64,000 nt of DNA, taken from contig NC_042997.1 in the NCBI RefSeq assembly GCF_006345805.1, positions 184,264,001 through 184,328,000 on the forward strand, read 5' to 3'. The DNA is from Octopus sinensis. Lineage: Eukaryota. Under the pieces are notes generated by a model. The model was not told where the DNA came from. It did no database searches and saw only the letters and a program-made list of their open reading frames with translations. Shown here one piece after another: positions 50,291-63,411 of the stretch; within the stretch, counting starts at the first letter, position 1; every line of letters begins with the position of its first letter. The position numbers and the translations under genes were made by a program.

Positions 50291-52120
50291 TAACACTTTT
50301 AATTATGTAATTTGTTTGAATGGTTAATTAAAACTTGAAATATCAAAGAACTTTTGATATGTATACCATTTAAAGCATACCGTATTACAGTAAGAGGTTC
50401 CAATAGTTTCTTGCCATAGAGACACGTGGTTAGACAAATTTTTATAACATGTCTTGTTTTTCCAGATAATCTTCTGGCTCTGGGGTCATGGTAGTCTGTG
50501 CCAATGTACGACATTGTTATTAAATTCCGTCTCTGTAGAATCTGGTTACGAACAAGCAAGTAAAGGAATCTTTATATGGTCGTTCGACCTTACTAGTAAT
50601 AGCAATCGAATTGTCTTCAAATCACCCTACCGTCTCAGGTTGGTAGGCGGCACTGGGGTAATGTCCTCTCATTAAAATAAAAGAGAAGAGATAATCATGG
50701 AATTTCTTTGATCGTAAATTTGTTCGATCGGTCAGAGTTGAACTAGGGCTAAAAACAACAACAACAACAACAGCAGCAACAATTACAACAACAACAACAC
50801 CACCAACAATAACCTGAGTACAAACACTGCTGCGGATTACACTGCTTGTCCTCTCGCAGAGGCTTGTAGAATAACAAATAGTTACACACTGGTGTTTATT
50901 CAATCCACTATCCTTCCAATCCAAAAAAAAAAAAAAAATTTAAATTTTAAAAAAATTTAAAAATGATTGTGCTTAGTCAAGAGAGATCAATAATATTTTT
51001 CTCTGTTTTATTTGCTAAACTTGATCTGGAACAATATAATTTTTTAATTTGCCTCTTGCATTTTTTCTTTTAATAAAAAAGAGAAAGATCCTATGTTTTC
51101 TGTTAGCATTTGAATCAGAGAAATGAAAAATGCCGATCAGCATCAAGTGAAAATATGTGTTGTCACGAAAGAATAAACGAATGCGTTAGGCGTATTTATA
51201 GTGGTGTGTTTTATTTGCTAATTTATTGAATGCAATTGAAAAAAGCTAAATGACTTTAAACGGATTTTTCTAAGGCACATTATTCAAATAGTGACTGATC
51301 GATTCTTTCATAAACGTTGAAATGGCAAGTTTTGTTTCGGATAATATTGTTTTATTTGCTGAATTCTACGAAATAAAATCTTGAGACAATCAGAACGGTA
51401 TCTGCCTGCAGTGTGCAAAAAGAATAATGACTTTTTTCCCCCGCTGATTGTAAAGATAGCATAGTAAAAATATCTGTCTCTAAGTAGTGGGAAAATGTTA
51501 TCTTTTCACATTCAGTCACGTATTTTACTGGTGGAATTGCATTTTGCTTATCATAAAGCAACATGGCAACAGTAATTCCATCTGTAAACGATTGTATGAC
51601 ACGACTTTCTCTGTCACGGTCTCGGCATCACATAAGGAAACTTAAAATGTTTTCAAATCCATTTACATGATCAAACATCAAGTGTAGATTGATAATTTAA
51701 TTTCTCGCCTCTTATCGTCTAGCTAAATTACACCCCCACCCCACCCCACCATCCTACCCAAAAAGAAAATGGAGGTGGAAGTAAAAGACGAATATTGAAT
51801 AATAAAGGTATAAACAGAAAAAGAACAGAATCTAATGCCATTATCATCAGCACCAGCACCGGCACCAGCACCAGCACCACCACCACTACCAGCACCGCCA
51901 CCAGCACCGCCACCAGCACCGCCACCACCACCGCCGCCGCCGCCACCACGACCACCACCACCGCCGCCTCCGCCAACCCCGCCTCCTCCACATCCTCCGC
52001 CGCCGCCTCCGCCGCCGCCTCCGCCTCTCCACCGCCTCCACCACCGCCGCCGCCACTACTACCACCACCACCGCCACCGCCGCTACGACGATAACGACAA
52101 CAACAACACTGCCATTGTCA

Positions 52121-52176
<56 letters not shown>

Positions 52177-52346
52177 TTACTACTACTACTACTACTACTT
52201 AAGTTGAAATGGCAATAACCATTTCAAATATAGGCACAAGATCACACATTTGAAGGGTTTGTTAATACTATCGATACCAGCTACTTCATTTTATCGACAC
52301 CGGAGGAACGATAGACAAGTTGATTTCGATATGATTCCATATTCCC

Positions 52347-52875
52347 TCCAAAGAACAGTTAAAGCAATTTCTCAATGATGTGTATTCCATTGACATAGGC
52401 AGGCAAGAAAGCAGGCCAAACTGGTGTTGCCCATACTGATTTATAAGTTAGGCCTGTGATATAAGGGATGATGCAAGATGATGGCTAGTTGGGAGAACGT
52501 TGGGGTTGTCGTCATCTTTCGACTCTTTTTCATTCTTGTTTCATGTTATGGATAGATGGTGGGCACCAAAGTGACACAGAATGATATGCAAAGGGCTGTT
52601 TTTCTTTTCTCAGATTGAATTCTTACAGCCCTTTGCATATCATTCTGTGCCACTTTGGTGCCCACCATCTATCCATAACATGAAACAAGAATGAAAAAGA
52701 GTCGAGAGATGACGACATCCCCAATGTTCTCCCAACTAGCCATCGTCTTGCATCATCCCTTATATCACAGGCTTAACTTATGAATCAGTATGAGCAACAC
52801 CAGTTTGGCTTGCTTTCTTAGCTGCCTATATCAATGGAATACATCATCATCAAGAAATTCCTTTAACTGTTCTGG
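52347..52875. repeat. Long inverted repeat, ~252-bp arms (roughly 90% identical), 25-nt spacer
   Basis: Left arm ends GGGCTGT at 52599; right arm starts ACAGCCC at 52625; differences mostly transitions. Confidence 0.9.
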
Positions 52876-54085
52876 AATCTACCTGCGCTTTCGTGTAGCA
52901 GAGTTCTGTAACTTTCGCCATATTCATTTCTAGATACATTCCTCAGGTAACTATGTACTTGTTGTCGTGATATAACACTGCCACAATTTCTTTGATTGGA
53001 TTCGATTCATGTATAAAACTTCCTTTTTGTTTTAAACGAGCGAAAAAGTTTGCCGGTAATTTTGTTAATATCGTACAAGTTTGCTTTGTTTTTGTTGCTG
53101 TTTTTGTTCAGTTTATGTACTGCAGGTTTGCATTTTTGGCTATTGGATTGTGACTGTCTGTGTCTGTGAGTGTATTTATTTGTTTAATTCTAACCTTTTC
53201 TGTTAAAAATACCCCCCCCCAAAAAAAAACAAAAAAAAACCCATCTGTATAACCTTTCTAACATCCGTTTTCGAGTATTCGAAAATTATTTCTTTTAGTA
53301 TTAAGAACGTATCCCATAGCACTTCCTTTGAATTGTAGCTTTTATTTTCACTTCTTCAGTAGAAGAAAGTATATTGAATAAAATGTAAACACAAGAAAAA
53401 TTTTTCCAAGAAAAATAAATTGACTAAAAAATAGAAGTTTTGTGTATTTTATATACTGGAGATGTCCACATTTTCTGAAGCCCTTTGTTAGCAAAATAAT
53501 TTAAAAACCCAGAAAAGTTTTCATTTAATAATACTTGATAAGAATGAATCCAATTTTCTCAGAGCGGACTGAAACAAATCTGCTTACTCCTAAACACAGT
53601 AATAATGACGGTCATTCCGTCAATTTCGACATATAAGTGTTTCAAGGAAAGGAAAGAAAAACCAAAAATGAAAGTTGCGTCTGTTTGCGGTAGATGCATG
53701 AATGTAATTTGAGTCCAGATATAGATTTCGCTATGAAGTCACAATGGGGACAATGATGATTTATATTTTGCATGGGATTGGACAAATGTGTCCAGGGTTA
53801 AGAATGGGGGTGCTTATCTCCCCTTTGTAAACATAAGGACACAGGAAATGTGTCAAGGCCGACAGGAAGCGTTGATGCTTCCTAGGGTTAAATAGCGGTT
53901 GTGTGATCCCCTTTATTGGACTGTCACGTTAAGTTGACAGTATACAACTCCTCTATCGTTCCACCACTGCTTATATCTCTCTGAGAAATTTAGAAATTTA
54001 ACATTTCTAGTTTTTTTTTTATTATTCTGTTTTTTTTTTTTCAAATCCATTCAGATGAATTATGGTACATTTTTTGCCATTCAGA

Positions 54086-54325
54086 TTAATGTACGCAATG
54101 ATTTCCCCAAAATGTGATATTAAGCTGTAGGGGTTTTAGTGGTTGTTTCAGCTTGTCCTTATACCTTAGCATTGGTATTCCTTTACCTTGGAATCCCTCT
54201 ACATGTTGGCCAAGCAAAAGAATTTTCGGGATGCGTTCATCTTGAATTCGAACAATATGTCCTGCCCATCTGCACTGACTTCTCAGCATGCTTTCGATAC
54301 TGGTGATATCACATTCTTCTAACAT
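54086..54325 (-). pseudogene. RTE-clade LINE ORF C-terminal fragment
   Basis: SIESML..RWAGHIVRIQDERIPK.LL.G....G....G.P..RYKD.LK. Confidence 0.85.
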
Positions 54326-54336
54326 AATAATAATAA

Positions 54337-54387
<51 letters not shown>

Positions 54388-54937
54388 TGCCCTGATGCAG
54401 TACCAGACAGTGGCCCTCATGGATTCTGATCTTAACTGATTGGAAGCGTTATCATGTACATTGCTTTGTCTTGGTATAAAAGATGGGCTACAGCAACTAT
54501 TCGGCTCAATACCATAGATTTGTTTGTCAGCTGTTTGACCTTAAGCAAATGAGCATGTCTCTTAGTGGCTGACAATCTGTGCATCGCTGATCACGAGCAA
54601 AAGTAGTTGGGGAGCATCATAGCCATGTGTTGAGAAGAATTCTTTGAGAGGAATTCACCTTTGGAAACATGGGTGCTTCGTCCATCATCCTTAGACAACC
54701 CTTATTCAGGGACCTTTTGAGTGGGATGGGCTACTAGATCTGAAGAAAATTCTAACTGGGCCCCACCTGCAAGGCCATGCGCTATTTATCTTGATATGAG
54801 ATCACCATATCGCGCATATATGGTTGTGATACATGTGCCTGGTGTACCCTTATCAGACGGGTAGTCATGATGGGTATCCTGGGCTTCGTATATTTTATCC
54901 CAGTGTCATTGTGATGGCATGCAATACCCTCTCAGTC

Positions 54938-54975
<38 letters not shown>

Positions 54976-57054
54976 TGATGATGATGATGATGATGATATT
55001 AATCCTTTCTACTATAGGAACAAGGCCTGAAATTTGGGGAGGGATAGTCGATTATATCGACACCAGTGCGTAACTGGTACTAATTTTATCGAGACCGAAT
55101 GATGAAAGGCAAAGTCGACCTCGGCAGAATTTGAACTGAGAACGTATAGACAGACGAAATGCCACTAAGCATTTTTGTCCAATGTGGTAACGACTCTGCC
55201 AGATCGCTGCCTTATAATAATAACAACAACATCAACAACCTCAACCACAGCAACAAGAATGTTGAATGTCTCTCACGATAATTAAGCTTATAATGTTCGG
55301 GAACAGGCCCTGTGAGACTTCTAACAGCAGGCTGCCGACCGCTCTCACAGAATCTACCAGAACACACAAGACCGAACGTTCTTAGAAGTAAAACAATAAT
55401 AATGATAATAATCGTTTCTTCTAAACGCATTAGACCTGACATTTGAGGGGAGAGTACTAATCGATTACATCGACCAGAGTGTTTCACTAGTACTTAATTC
55501 ATCGACCCCTCCCAGAGGATGAAAGGTAAAGTCGACTTCGGCAGAATTTGAACTCAGAATGTAAAACCGGGAGAAAAGCTGTTAAGCATTTTGTCCAGCG
55601 TAGCAACTATTCTGATAGCTCACCATTTCAATGATGATGATGATGATGATGATGGTGATGATGATAAGATGAAGCGGTAGGACACTAGCAAGTGAAAGAA
55701 ACGAAAAGAGATACTGAATAAGAAAAATAAACAAAGTAGAAGTGAAAGGAGAAATGGGAAAACGATAAGTGTAAAAAATTGAAAGCAGTTTACTAATAGT
55801 ATTTAACTCTATTATACAACAACAATTAGACAAGTTCAGATGCAAGAAGTTCAAAATTTGATTTTCAGTGAAACAACTTCGAATAATAGACTTCCATAAA
55901 GAAATAAAATCAAGTTGATGCTGTTTCGGCAAGAAGGCGAAGAAAATAAATCAATACAAAACAAGATAGCATTAATGAAGAAACACACACACGTATGTGT
56001 GTATGTGTGTAAGGAAAACAGGAAAACAACATCATTGTGCTACAAGAGATTCATTTCCTGGGTTCGTTTCGATAATGCAGTACCGCTGCATCTCTACGCA
56101 ACGTTTGCATAATCTCATCTGAGGAAACAGAAATATAAAGAAGTATGAAAAATCATTTGACTACCAACTTCTATAAGATAGAAAGAAGGCTTAATTTAAC
56201 TCATAAATCTTTCTTCTAGGTTATAAAAGATAGCAATCAAACTATTCTTCATATTTCTTTGTATTTGTATTTCCCTGATGAAAGGAAGCAAGCGTTGCTT
56301 AGAGGTGTGCAGTACTGCATTATTGAAACGTACGTAGGAAATGAATTTCTTGAAATATCAATAATGTTGTTCTCCTGTCGTTTTTATTTTTCTGAATTAC
56401 GTGGCTTTCTATCTATATATATTATAGTCTATACAACAAGTGATTCAACTGTAGACGTTTACAGTGTGATATTAGATGTAGATTCGGAATATATGGCATA
56501 CAAGAGTTTGATGTAATTTTTATGTGTTGTGAACACGATGCACACTATGGAAAAGAAAAGAAATGATTAAATCAGTCTCAATGCACGGTTTATAGTTTGT
56601 TTACCGGCCTTGGATACCTGAAGGTCAAGTCAACCTTGTTGCAGTTGTCTAGCAGATGACAATACCTGATGCGTGTCCACCGTGGGAAGATTAACTCTAG
56701 CAGAACTCATTAATTCTAATATTGTAACGACGAAATCCCTGAATTAACAGTGGTTTCGATTTGCAACACGAAATTCTTGAGTTTAAACTTCTTCAGGTAT
56801 ACAGTTGTATTCTAGCAAAATTATGTTCATGTTTCACCTCATCTGGTTATGAAGGACGGGCGATAGATATGTGAATCATACCGTTATCATAAAACACAGG
56901 AACATCTATATCGGCCACTCGCTGTCAATGCCATTCCCCTCATTACTACTACAGCAACCATTATCACGGCCATCTACAGTTACATCCCACCCCTGCTACC
57001 ATCATACTACATACTAACATCATCATAAGTAACCCCAACAGCATCAGCAGTGAA

Positions 57055-57447
57055 GGCACAATGGCCCAGTGGTTAGGACAGCGGACTCGCGGTCGGAGGA
57101 TCGCGGTTTCGATTCCCAGACCGGGCGTTGTGTGTGTTTATTGAGCGAAAACACCTAAAGCTCCACGACGCTCCGGCAGGGGGTGGTGGCGACCCCTGTT
57201 GTACTCTTTCGCTCCAACTTTCTCTCACTCTTTCTTCCTGTTTCTTGTCCCCGACTTCCTATGCAACCGCTGAGCCTGGATGCGCATTCATCCATCCGTC
57301 GATGCTTTCGGTGTCGGGGGTTGACCTGCTTTCTCTTCTGCGCGGGTCTTACGAATAGCAAAGGACCACGTTTCGGACTTCTCCCACTACAGATAATCCT
57401 GAGGCGCGATCTTGCGAGCTCTGGGACGAAGATCGCTTCCCTCAACA
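57055..57447 (+). mobile_element. tRNA-derived SINE family C, tail variant 2, ending in (AAAC)n
   Basis: A-box TGGCCCAGTGG, B-box GTTTCGATTCC; first ~175 bp shared with 47183. Confidence 0.8.
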
Positions 57448-58066
57448 AACAAACAAACAAACAAACAAACAAACAAACAGCAACAACAATGCAAGCATTA
57501 ATGACACAACACAACTGCAAATAAAACCACAATTAACATGACATCAATGACGACGACGATGATGATGATGATGATGCCGGTGCTGCTGTTGATCTTCATT
57601 GTATTCACGAGCACAATCAACATATTTATCATGATGATGATGATGATGGTGATGACGATGATTATCATTATAATTAGGATCATAGTAATGAAGATTAACA
57701 TCATTTAACTGTTGTCTCCGTGTTTGCATAAGATGGAGTTTCTCGCTTGGGAAACCTCTGCAAAGTATTGTAACCAGAAGGTGAAACTGGAATCCAATAC
57801 ACTAGGAAGCGAAGGACCTTATATTGTAATGCGAACGTGTTTTCTAACAAGTGTCCTTGTGTGTGTATGTGTATGCGTATGTGTGCGTGTGTGAGTATAT
57901 GTGTGTGTGTATGTGAGTGTGTGTATTCGTGTACGTATGTTTGTATGTGTGTGTAGTTAAGTGCATACCTCAGTGTGTAGATGGTGTTTTGTGTGCATGT
58001 TTTTTAAAATTTGTTTGTATTTTACTGCATTAATTCTGCTGGCATTAAATAAAGTTTGATAAACAT

Positions 58067-58122
<56 letters not shown>

Positions 58123-58689
58123 AGTGATAAAGAGAGAAAGATGGAGAGAGAGAGAAAGAGGGAGATTGAGAAAGAGGGAGAGTAAGAAAGAGGGAGAGAG
58201 AGAGAAAAAGTTATAAAAAGATAAAGAAGAAAGTGAGATGGCGAAAGATTGAGTGAATTAATGTTGTATTTGATATATAGTCAATATCATTAAAATCTTT
58301 ATTAAATTTTGTTTGACCAAGCCGCTGCTCGAAGAAAATACAGCAATCGCTAGAAAAAAATAATATGCAAAATGAAAAAAAAAACAAAAACAAAACTAAT
58401 TTGATATCAACAATATTTCCATAGTGTAATCATTTCCCCTTATTCTACCTTTTTTTCTCGTTAGTGAACCCCTTGTCAATATTGTTGAGCCGAATGAATT
58501 ATGACAGTAAGGGATCACTATAACTGCTTACAGCACTGTTAATGAAGTATTCTGAACAAAGCATGGCCGAACGGTTGAGAAATTCACTTCAAACTCAAGC
58601 TACTTGGGATTCGTGCCCGCTGCCTGGTATACCGGGTAAAGGTTTCCACTCTGCCGCATCTGTAATAGAGTGGACGAAACCATTGCCTA

Positions 58690-59320
58690 TATTGCGAACG
58701 AATGCCTAGACTTGTCCCAAACCTCTACAAGTTGTGGTGACACGATGAGGTAGCGAAAGTGCCACATTGAAAACAGTGCGAAAAGTGGGGCTAGAGAGAG
58801 GCAAGAGGTGGTATGAGCACAAACCACAGAGAGTGGCGGAGTCGAAGACTTGCAGAATCCTCTGGGACTTCCCAATCCAAATAGATCAGGTGTGAGAGCA
58901 TAACAAACCGGACCTAGTGGTGGTGGACAAGATGCAGCACATGTACTACATAGTTGATGTTACGTGTTCCTTTGACCCATGAATACTCAAAACATAAGGC
59001 GAATGGATAGATGTATACAATCTTGTTAAGTACGAAGTAGCCAGGCTATGGAAAATGAAGAAAGTGAAGATAGTGTAAAATATTGTTGGTTCCTTGGAGG
59101 CAGTATCAGAAGGTATAAAGACGAATATAAAGAAAATTGGAATAGAGTGCCCAGTAGAACTATCACAAAAATTTTGCCTGCTTGGCACGGCCAGAATAAA
59201 GGAAAGTATTAGACAGCTAAAAAGAAAAGATAGCATGGTGCCGTAGGCTGCAGGCAGTAAGCCCGCTACGCATGAAAGACTTCAGAAGTTACAACAAAAC
59301 CGGAAATAAAAAGAATAAAT
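58690..59320 (+). mobile_element. R4/Dong-clade LINE 3' fragment (RLE domain) followed by (TAA)n
   Basis: My translation: HDEVAKV.H..CEKWG..WYEHKP..V..ILWDFPIQ.D....HNKPDLVVVDK..IVDVTC.FD..VGSL..V..LLGTARI; multiple stops. Confidence 0.85.
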
Positions 59321-59342
59321 AATGATGATAATGACGGTGATG

Positions 59343-59409
<67 letters not shown>

Positions 59410-59416
59410 TAATAAT

Positions 59417-59737
59417 AAACGGTATGGCACATCGTTAGTGAATGCCCGAAATTGGCACAGCGAGAAAATACAAAAGGAGCCATGACAATGTGGAAGAATG
59501 ATCCGTTGGGAGCTCTGAGGAAATCACGGCCTACAAAGAGCAAAGATGTGGTATGGGCAAATCCCAGGAGTCACCGAGAATGAGAATTGCAAAATCCTGT
59601 GGGATGCATTGATCCAGTGCGATTACCTGACCAGACATCGGAAACCGGACATCGTTATGGTGAATTAAAAAGAAAGGACATGCATGATAATCGACATAGC
59701 ATGCCCCGGTGAAAACAGGATCAATGTGAAAGAAGAA
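59417..59737 (+). mobile_element. Second R4/Dong-clade LINE fragment flanked by (TAA)n on both sides
   Basis: TVWHIVSECPKLAQ..KRSHDNV..ENENCKILWD.LIQCD..RHRKPDIVMV..CMIIDIACPGENRINVKEEK. Confidence 0.85.
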
Positions 59738-60731
59738 AAAAAAAATAATAATAATTATAATAATAATAATGATAATGATAATATTAATAATAATAATAAT
59801 AATAACGATGTCGCAGAGAATGGGCAACTATCTGGAAGAAAAACTGTTTCCAGAAGAGTAGAAGGGATGCTGCAAGGGCTCATACGGCTGTAGAGATCAG
59901 CTACTGATCAATAAAGCCATAACTGACCATTACGATCTGCATGTCCATACAGACACCACTTTACCACATATCGTTTTCGGTCACATCGACGTTCTCAACT
60001 TCCCTTACTGTGCCACAAAGGTGCAAAGGTAGTGGCGAACCAAGGGTCAGTGTCACAGCTGATGTCTGTAGCATTGACACTTATCTTTCTCATATCGCCA
60101 TACGAGATTCTGTGCAAGTTTGGTTCTGACACAATCTTCCGCCTTTTCTCGTCCTCCGTCTTCAAGCCAAGCATATATAGTCTCAAATATCATCTCTCTT
60201 TAACAGAAATCACAATACCACATATATCAGGGTTCCTTTCAACTATTTAGTTAAAGGCCTCTCACTTTTCGATAGCAGGAAGCTACGCAATTTCGTATCA
60301 TGATCTGGCAGGTAGGTCTATTCAACTGTGATATTATGAATAGTGCTAGAGTGGTTGCTCAATACTACGTCCAACGCACATTTCGTCTGTCTCATTGACT
60401 CAAGAACGAGAGTTGGGACACGGAAAAAAATTCAAAAATTTTAAAAGTCCTCCCTGCTTCTTTGCCCGAAGTCCAGATGCAAAATCTTGGTTTCAGTGTA
60501 TTCAAAGATCAAATCACAAAGGCTTTTCATTGATAGAGTCTTCAAAGGACCAGGAGGTTTCGTTACAGACCTACCAAAAATCTTTATTCTCATGGGAGTT
60601 GGTCCGTATTCAGAATCACATTTTGGTAGGCAACATTTCCATTGCTTTCATTGTTGATTACTGTTTATGAAATTGTATTTGCCCCACCGTGATGTGTAAA
60701 TATCTGTGCTTGTTTAAGTGTTGCCAGTGAA

Positions 60732-61040
60732 GGCGCGTGGCTTAGTGGTTAGGGGTATTTGGCTCATGATCTTAAGGTCGTGTGCTCAATTCCCGGCGAT
60801 GCGTTGTGACCTTGAGCAAGATATTTTATTTCACGTTGTTCCAGTTCCCTCAACTGGTAAAAATGAGTAGTACATGTATTTTAAAGGACCTGCCTTGTCA
60901 CATTCTGTGTCACCCCGAATCTTCCTAAGAACTACACGTGTCTGTGGAGTGCTCAACCATTTGCACGTTAATTTCACGAGCAGTCTGTTACGTTGCTCGG
61001 ATTAACTGGAACCCTCGTCGTCGTAACCGACGGAGTGCCA
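60732..61040 (+). mobile_element. tRNA-derived SINE, further family (related minus fragment at ~39985-40140)
   Basis: GGCGCGTGGCTTAGTGG A-box; GACCTTGAGCAAG CORE-like segment. Confidence 0.65.
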
Positions 61041-61662
61041 GTGTTTAAGTTTTGCCATTTTTTCTTTGGTTTGTGAAATTTAGTCTTTAAATTCATGTTT
61101 TTGTTTACAAAATCTTCATAAACCTGTAATTTGATATGTATAAGCCAGACGAAGAGATATGCTGTTACACAAGTAAATGTATATTCACAAAATGTATAAA
61201 AATTCCAAACAACTGTTTTTTTCTCGAACAATGTAAAAAGGGCGGACACTTAAATTTTCCAAAATTTAATAATCTCAACCCCCAAAAAAAAAAAAAGAAA
61301 TGGAAAAAAGAAAAAAACGATATATATTTTTCACTGAGTACAAATTCGGTAATCCGAGTCTTTCGCAGAGCTGGGTTTGAACAAGTGTTCTTCCGAATAT
61401 ACTAAACAATAATGCTTTCTTAATTTAACCCCTGAGGGCAATTACAATCGATTTCATTCAGACACGTTAAAAGCTAGGGTGTGTTGCATAAAGGTCAGGA
61501 GATGAACAAGGCAAAATCATATAAAAACAGAAAGGGTGGATCAGAGATGTTACAAAAAAAAACAAAAAAACAAAGATACAAAAACAAAACAAAACAAAAG
61601 AAAAACGTTCATGTACAAATAAAGACATAAAATTAATAAAATATATAATAAAATATAAAACT

Positions 61663-62136
61663 GTGATTATTCTTATATCTATAAGAATGCTATATTAATA
61701 TGGCGATAACAATTAATTTCCAGTAAACGCTGCTGTAATCTCTTTTATAGGGACTTAGTAATTTTAATATTTCTATTATTGAAAACAAGTGGATGTATTC
61801 CACTGAAACTAGGTAAATATAAGCCTTCGAACAGAGACGTCAGTGGCGACACCTGCGGGTCTGACTGCGCTACACTGACAAGGGGCAATACCCCGAAACG
61901 CGTCTGTAGCTGTCGGACTGGCAGTGTGAAGCGGCTCACCTCCCTTGTTCGAAGGTTATAATGGATACAGATCGTGTATCAATAGCTATCTTGATGGCGG
62001 TGGCCTCATGGAGCTGACCATGGCAGCGATTATTCTTATATCTATAAGAATGCCATATTAATATGGCGATAACAATTAATTTCCAGTAAACGCTGCTGTA
62101 ATCTCTTTTATAGAGACTTAGTAATTTTAATATTTC

Positions 62137-62141
<5 letters not shown>
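61663..62141 (+). mobile_element. Diverged subfamily of the 364-bp HHR repeat (1.3 units, period 363), ending in (TA)n
   Basis: GATTATTC at 61665 and 62028; collinear with 5245-5772; same 3' terminus TTTTAATATTTCTATTA as 4876. Confidence 0.9.
61863..61914 (+). ncRNA. Type I hammerhead motif (C3/A8 mismatch)
   Basis: GCUACA | CUGACAA | GGGG-caaua-CCCC | GAAAC-GC-GUC | UGUAGC. Confidence 0.7.
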
Positions 62142-62189
<48 letters not shown>

Positions 62190-62491
62190 TATATACACAC
62201 ATACATGTACATGCCTACATATATATGTATATATACATGCATTTATGGGTACAGAGCGTCCAAAAAACGTGAACAAAATGAGAAACGAGAACATAAAAAC
62301 AAAACCATGGAAAACGAACTTTTTTCGAACACCGAAAGTAACAAATAGAGAAACGAGACAGGCAACATAAAGAACATTCCTTTCATCAGTTGTCCCTTTT
62401 TTATCTTGTGCAAAGATGTATCGCCATTTGCCTTTCCCTTGGATAACATTAGTGGTGAGGAGAGGGAGGCTGGTATGCATGGGAAACTGCT

Positions 62492-62546
<55 letters not shown>

Positions 62547-62604
62547 TATATATTATATATATATATATAATATGTATATATATATATAATATATATTATA
62601 TAAT

Positions 62605-62636
<32 letters not shown>

Positions 62637-62800
62637 CATATATATATATTATATATATATTATATATATATGTAGAAGTTTGAAAAGGAACACAAGAGTT
62701 GATATATATATGGAAAAAGCCAAGGTAGTAAATACTAAAATACTTTTATAAAAAACATTTCAGCACCGGTTTCGGTCGTTGAGACTTTTTCAACAATAAG

Positions 62801-62844
<44 letters not shown>

Positions 62845-62875
62845 ATATATATATATATATAAAGAACAATGCATA

Positions 62876-63157
62876 CATATTCTGTTTCGTCTGCGGAGTC
62901 ATTCTCTTTTAGTGCCTTATAATTTAACACACTCACCGATAAAATTTCCACTTTTTTCTTTTATTATTTTTCTAAAATTTTCGTTGCGTCTTACAACCAT
63001 TTCAATAGTTTTGACTCTCAAAACTATTGAAAAGGTTGCAAGACACAACAAAAATTTTAGAAAAATAAAAAAGAAATAAGTGGAAATTTTACCGGTGAGT
63101 GTGTTAAGTTATAAAGCACTAAAAGAGAATGACTCTCCCCAGACACAACAGAATATA
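62876..63157. repeat. ~138-bp-arm palindrome between microsatellites, with ~50-bp unpaired tail
   Basis: Centre ~63013-63018; arms roughly 85% identical. Confidence 0.8.
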
Positions 63158-63240
63158 CTTCAACACAGGAACTTACAAAATGAATCTTGCAAACCAAATC
63201 CGAAAACGAAATACATACATACATACATACATACATACAT

Positions 63241-63312
<72 letters not shown>

Positions 63313-63353
63313 ATGTGTGTGAATATATCTATGAACATATGTATTATTATATA

Positions 63354-63411
<58 letters not shown>

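Noticed and set aside
51835-52218. Proline-rich / formin-like ORF (also 3571-3828, 23220-23729)
   Set aside because: Pure CCA/CCG/CTA trinucleotide repeats grading into other microsatellites.
54385-54935. Complex sequence between two (TAA)n tracts, possibly an R4/Dong UTR
   Set aside because: Single copy in the window with no coding motif; cannot classify.
57355-57400. HHR-like CTGTAGT-GGGAGAAGTCC-GAAACGTGGTC on the minus strand in SINE C
   Set aside because: Core has several violations and no stem I pairing.
62360-62400. CTGATGA on the minus strand in the 62230-62495 element
   Set aside because: No GAAA or stem III follows; at best a deleted remnant.
62765-62800. TTGAAAA-AGTC..GACC-GAAACCGGTG on the minus strand
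   Set aside because: GUG is not a cleavable triplet and stem I does not pair; possible decayed HHR only.
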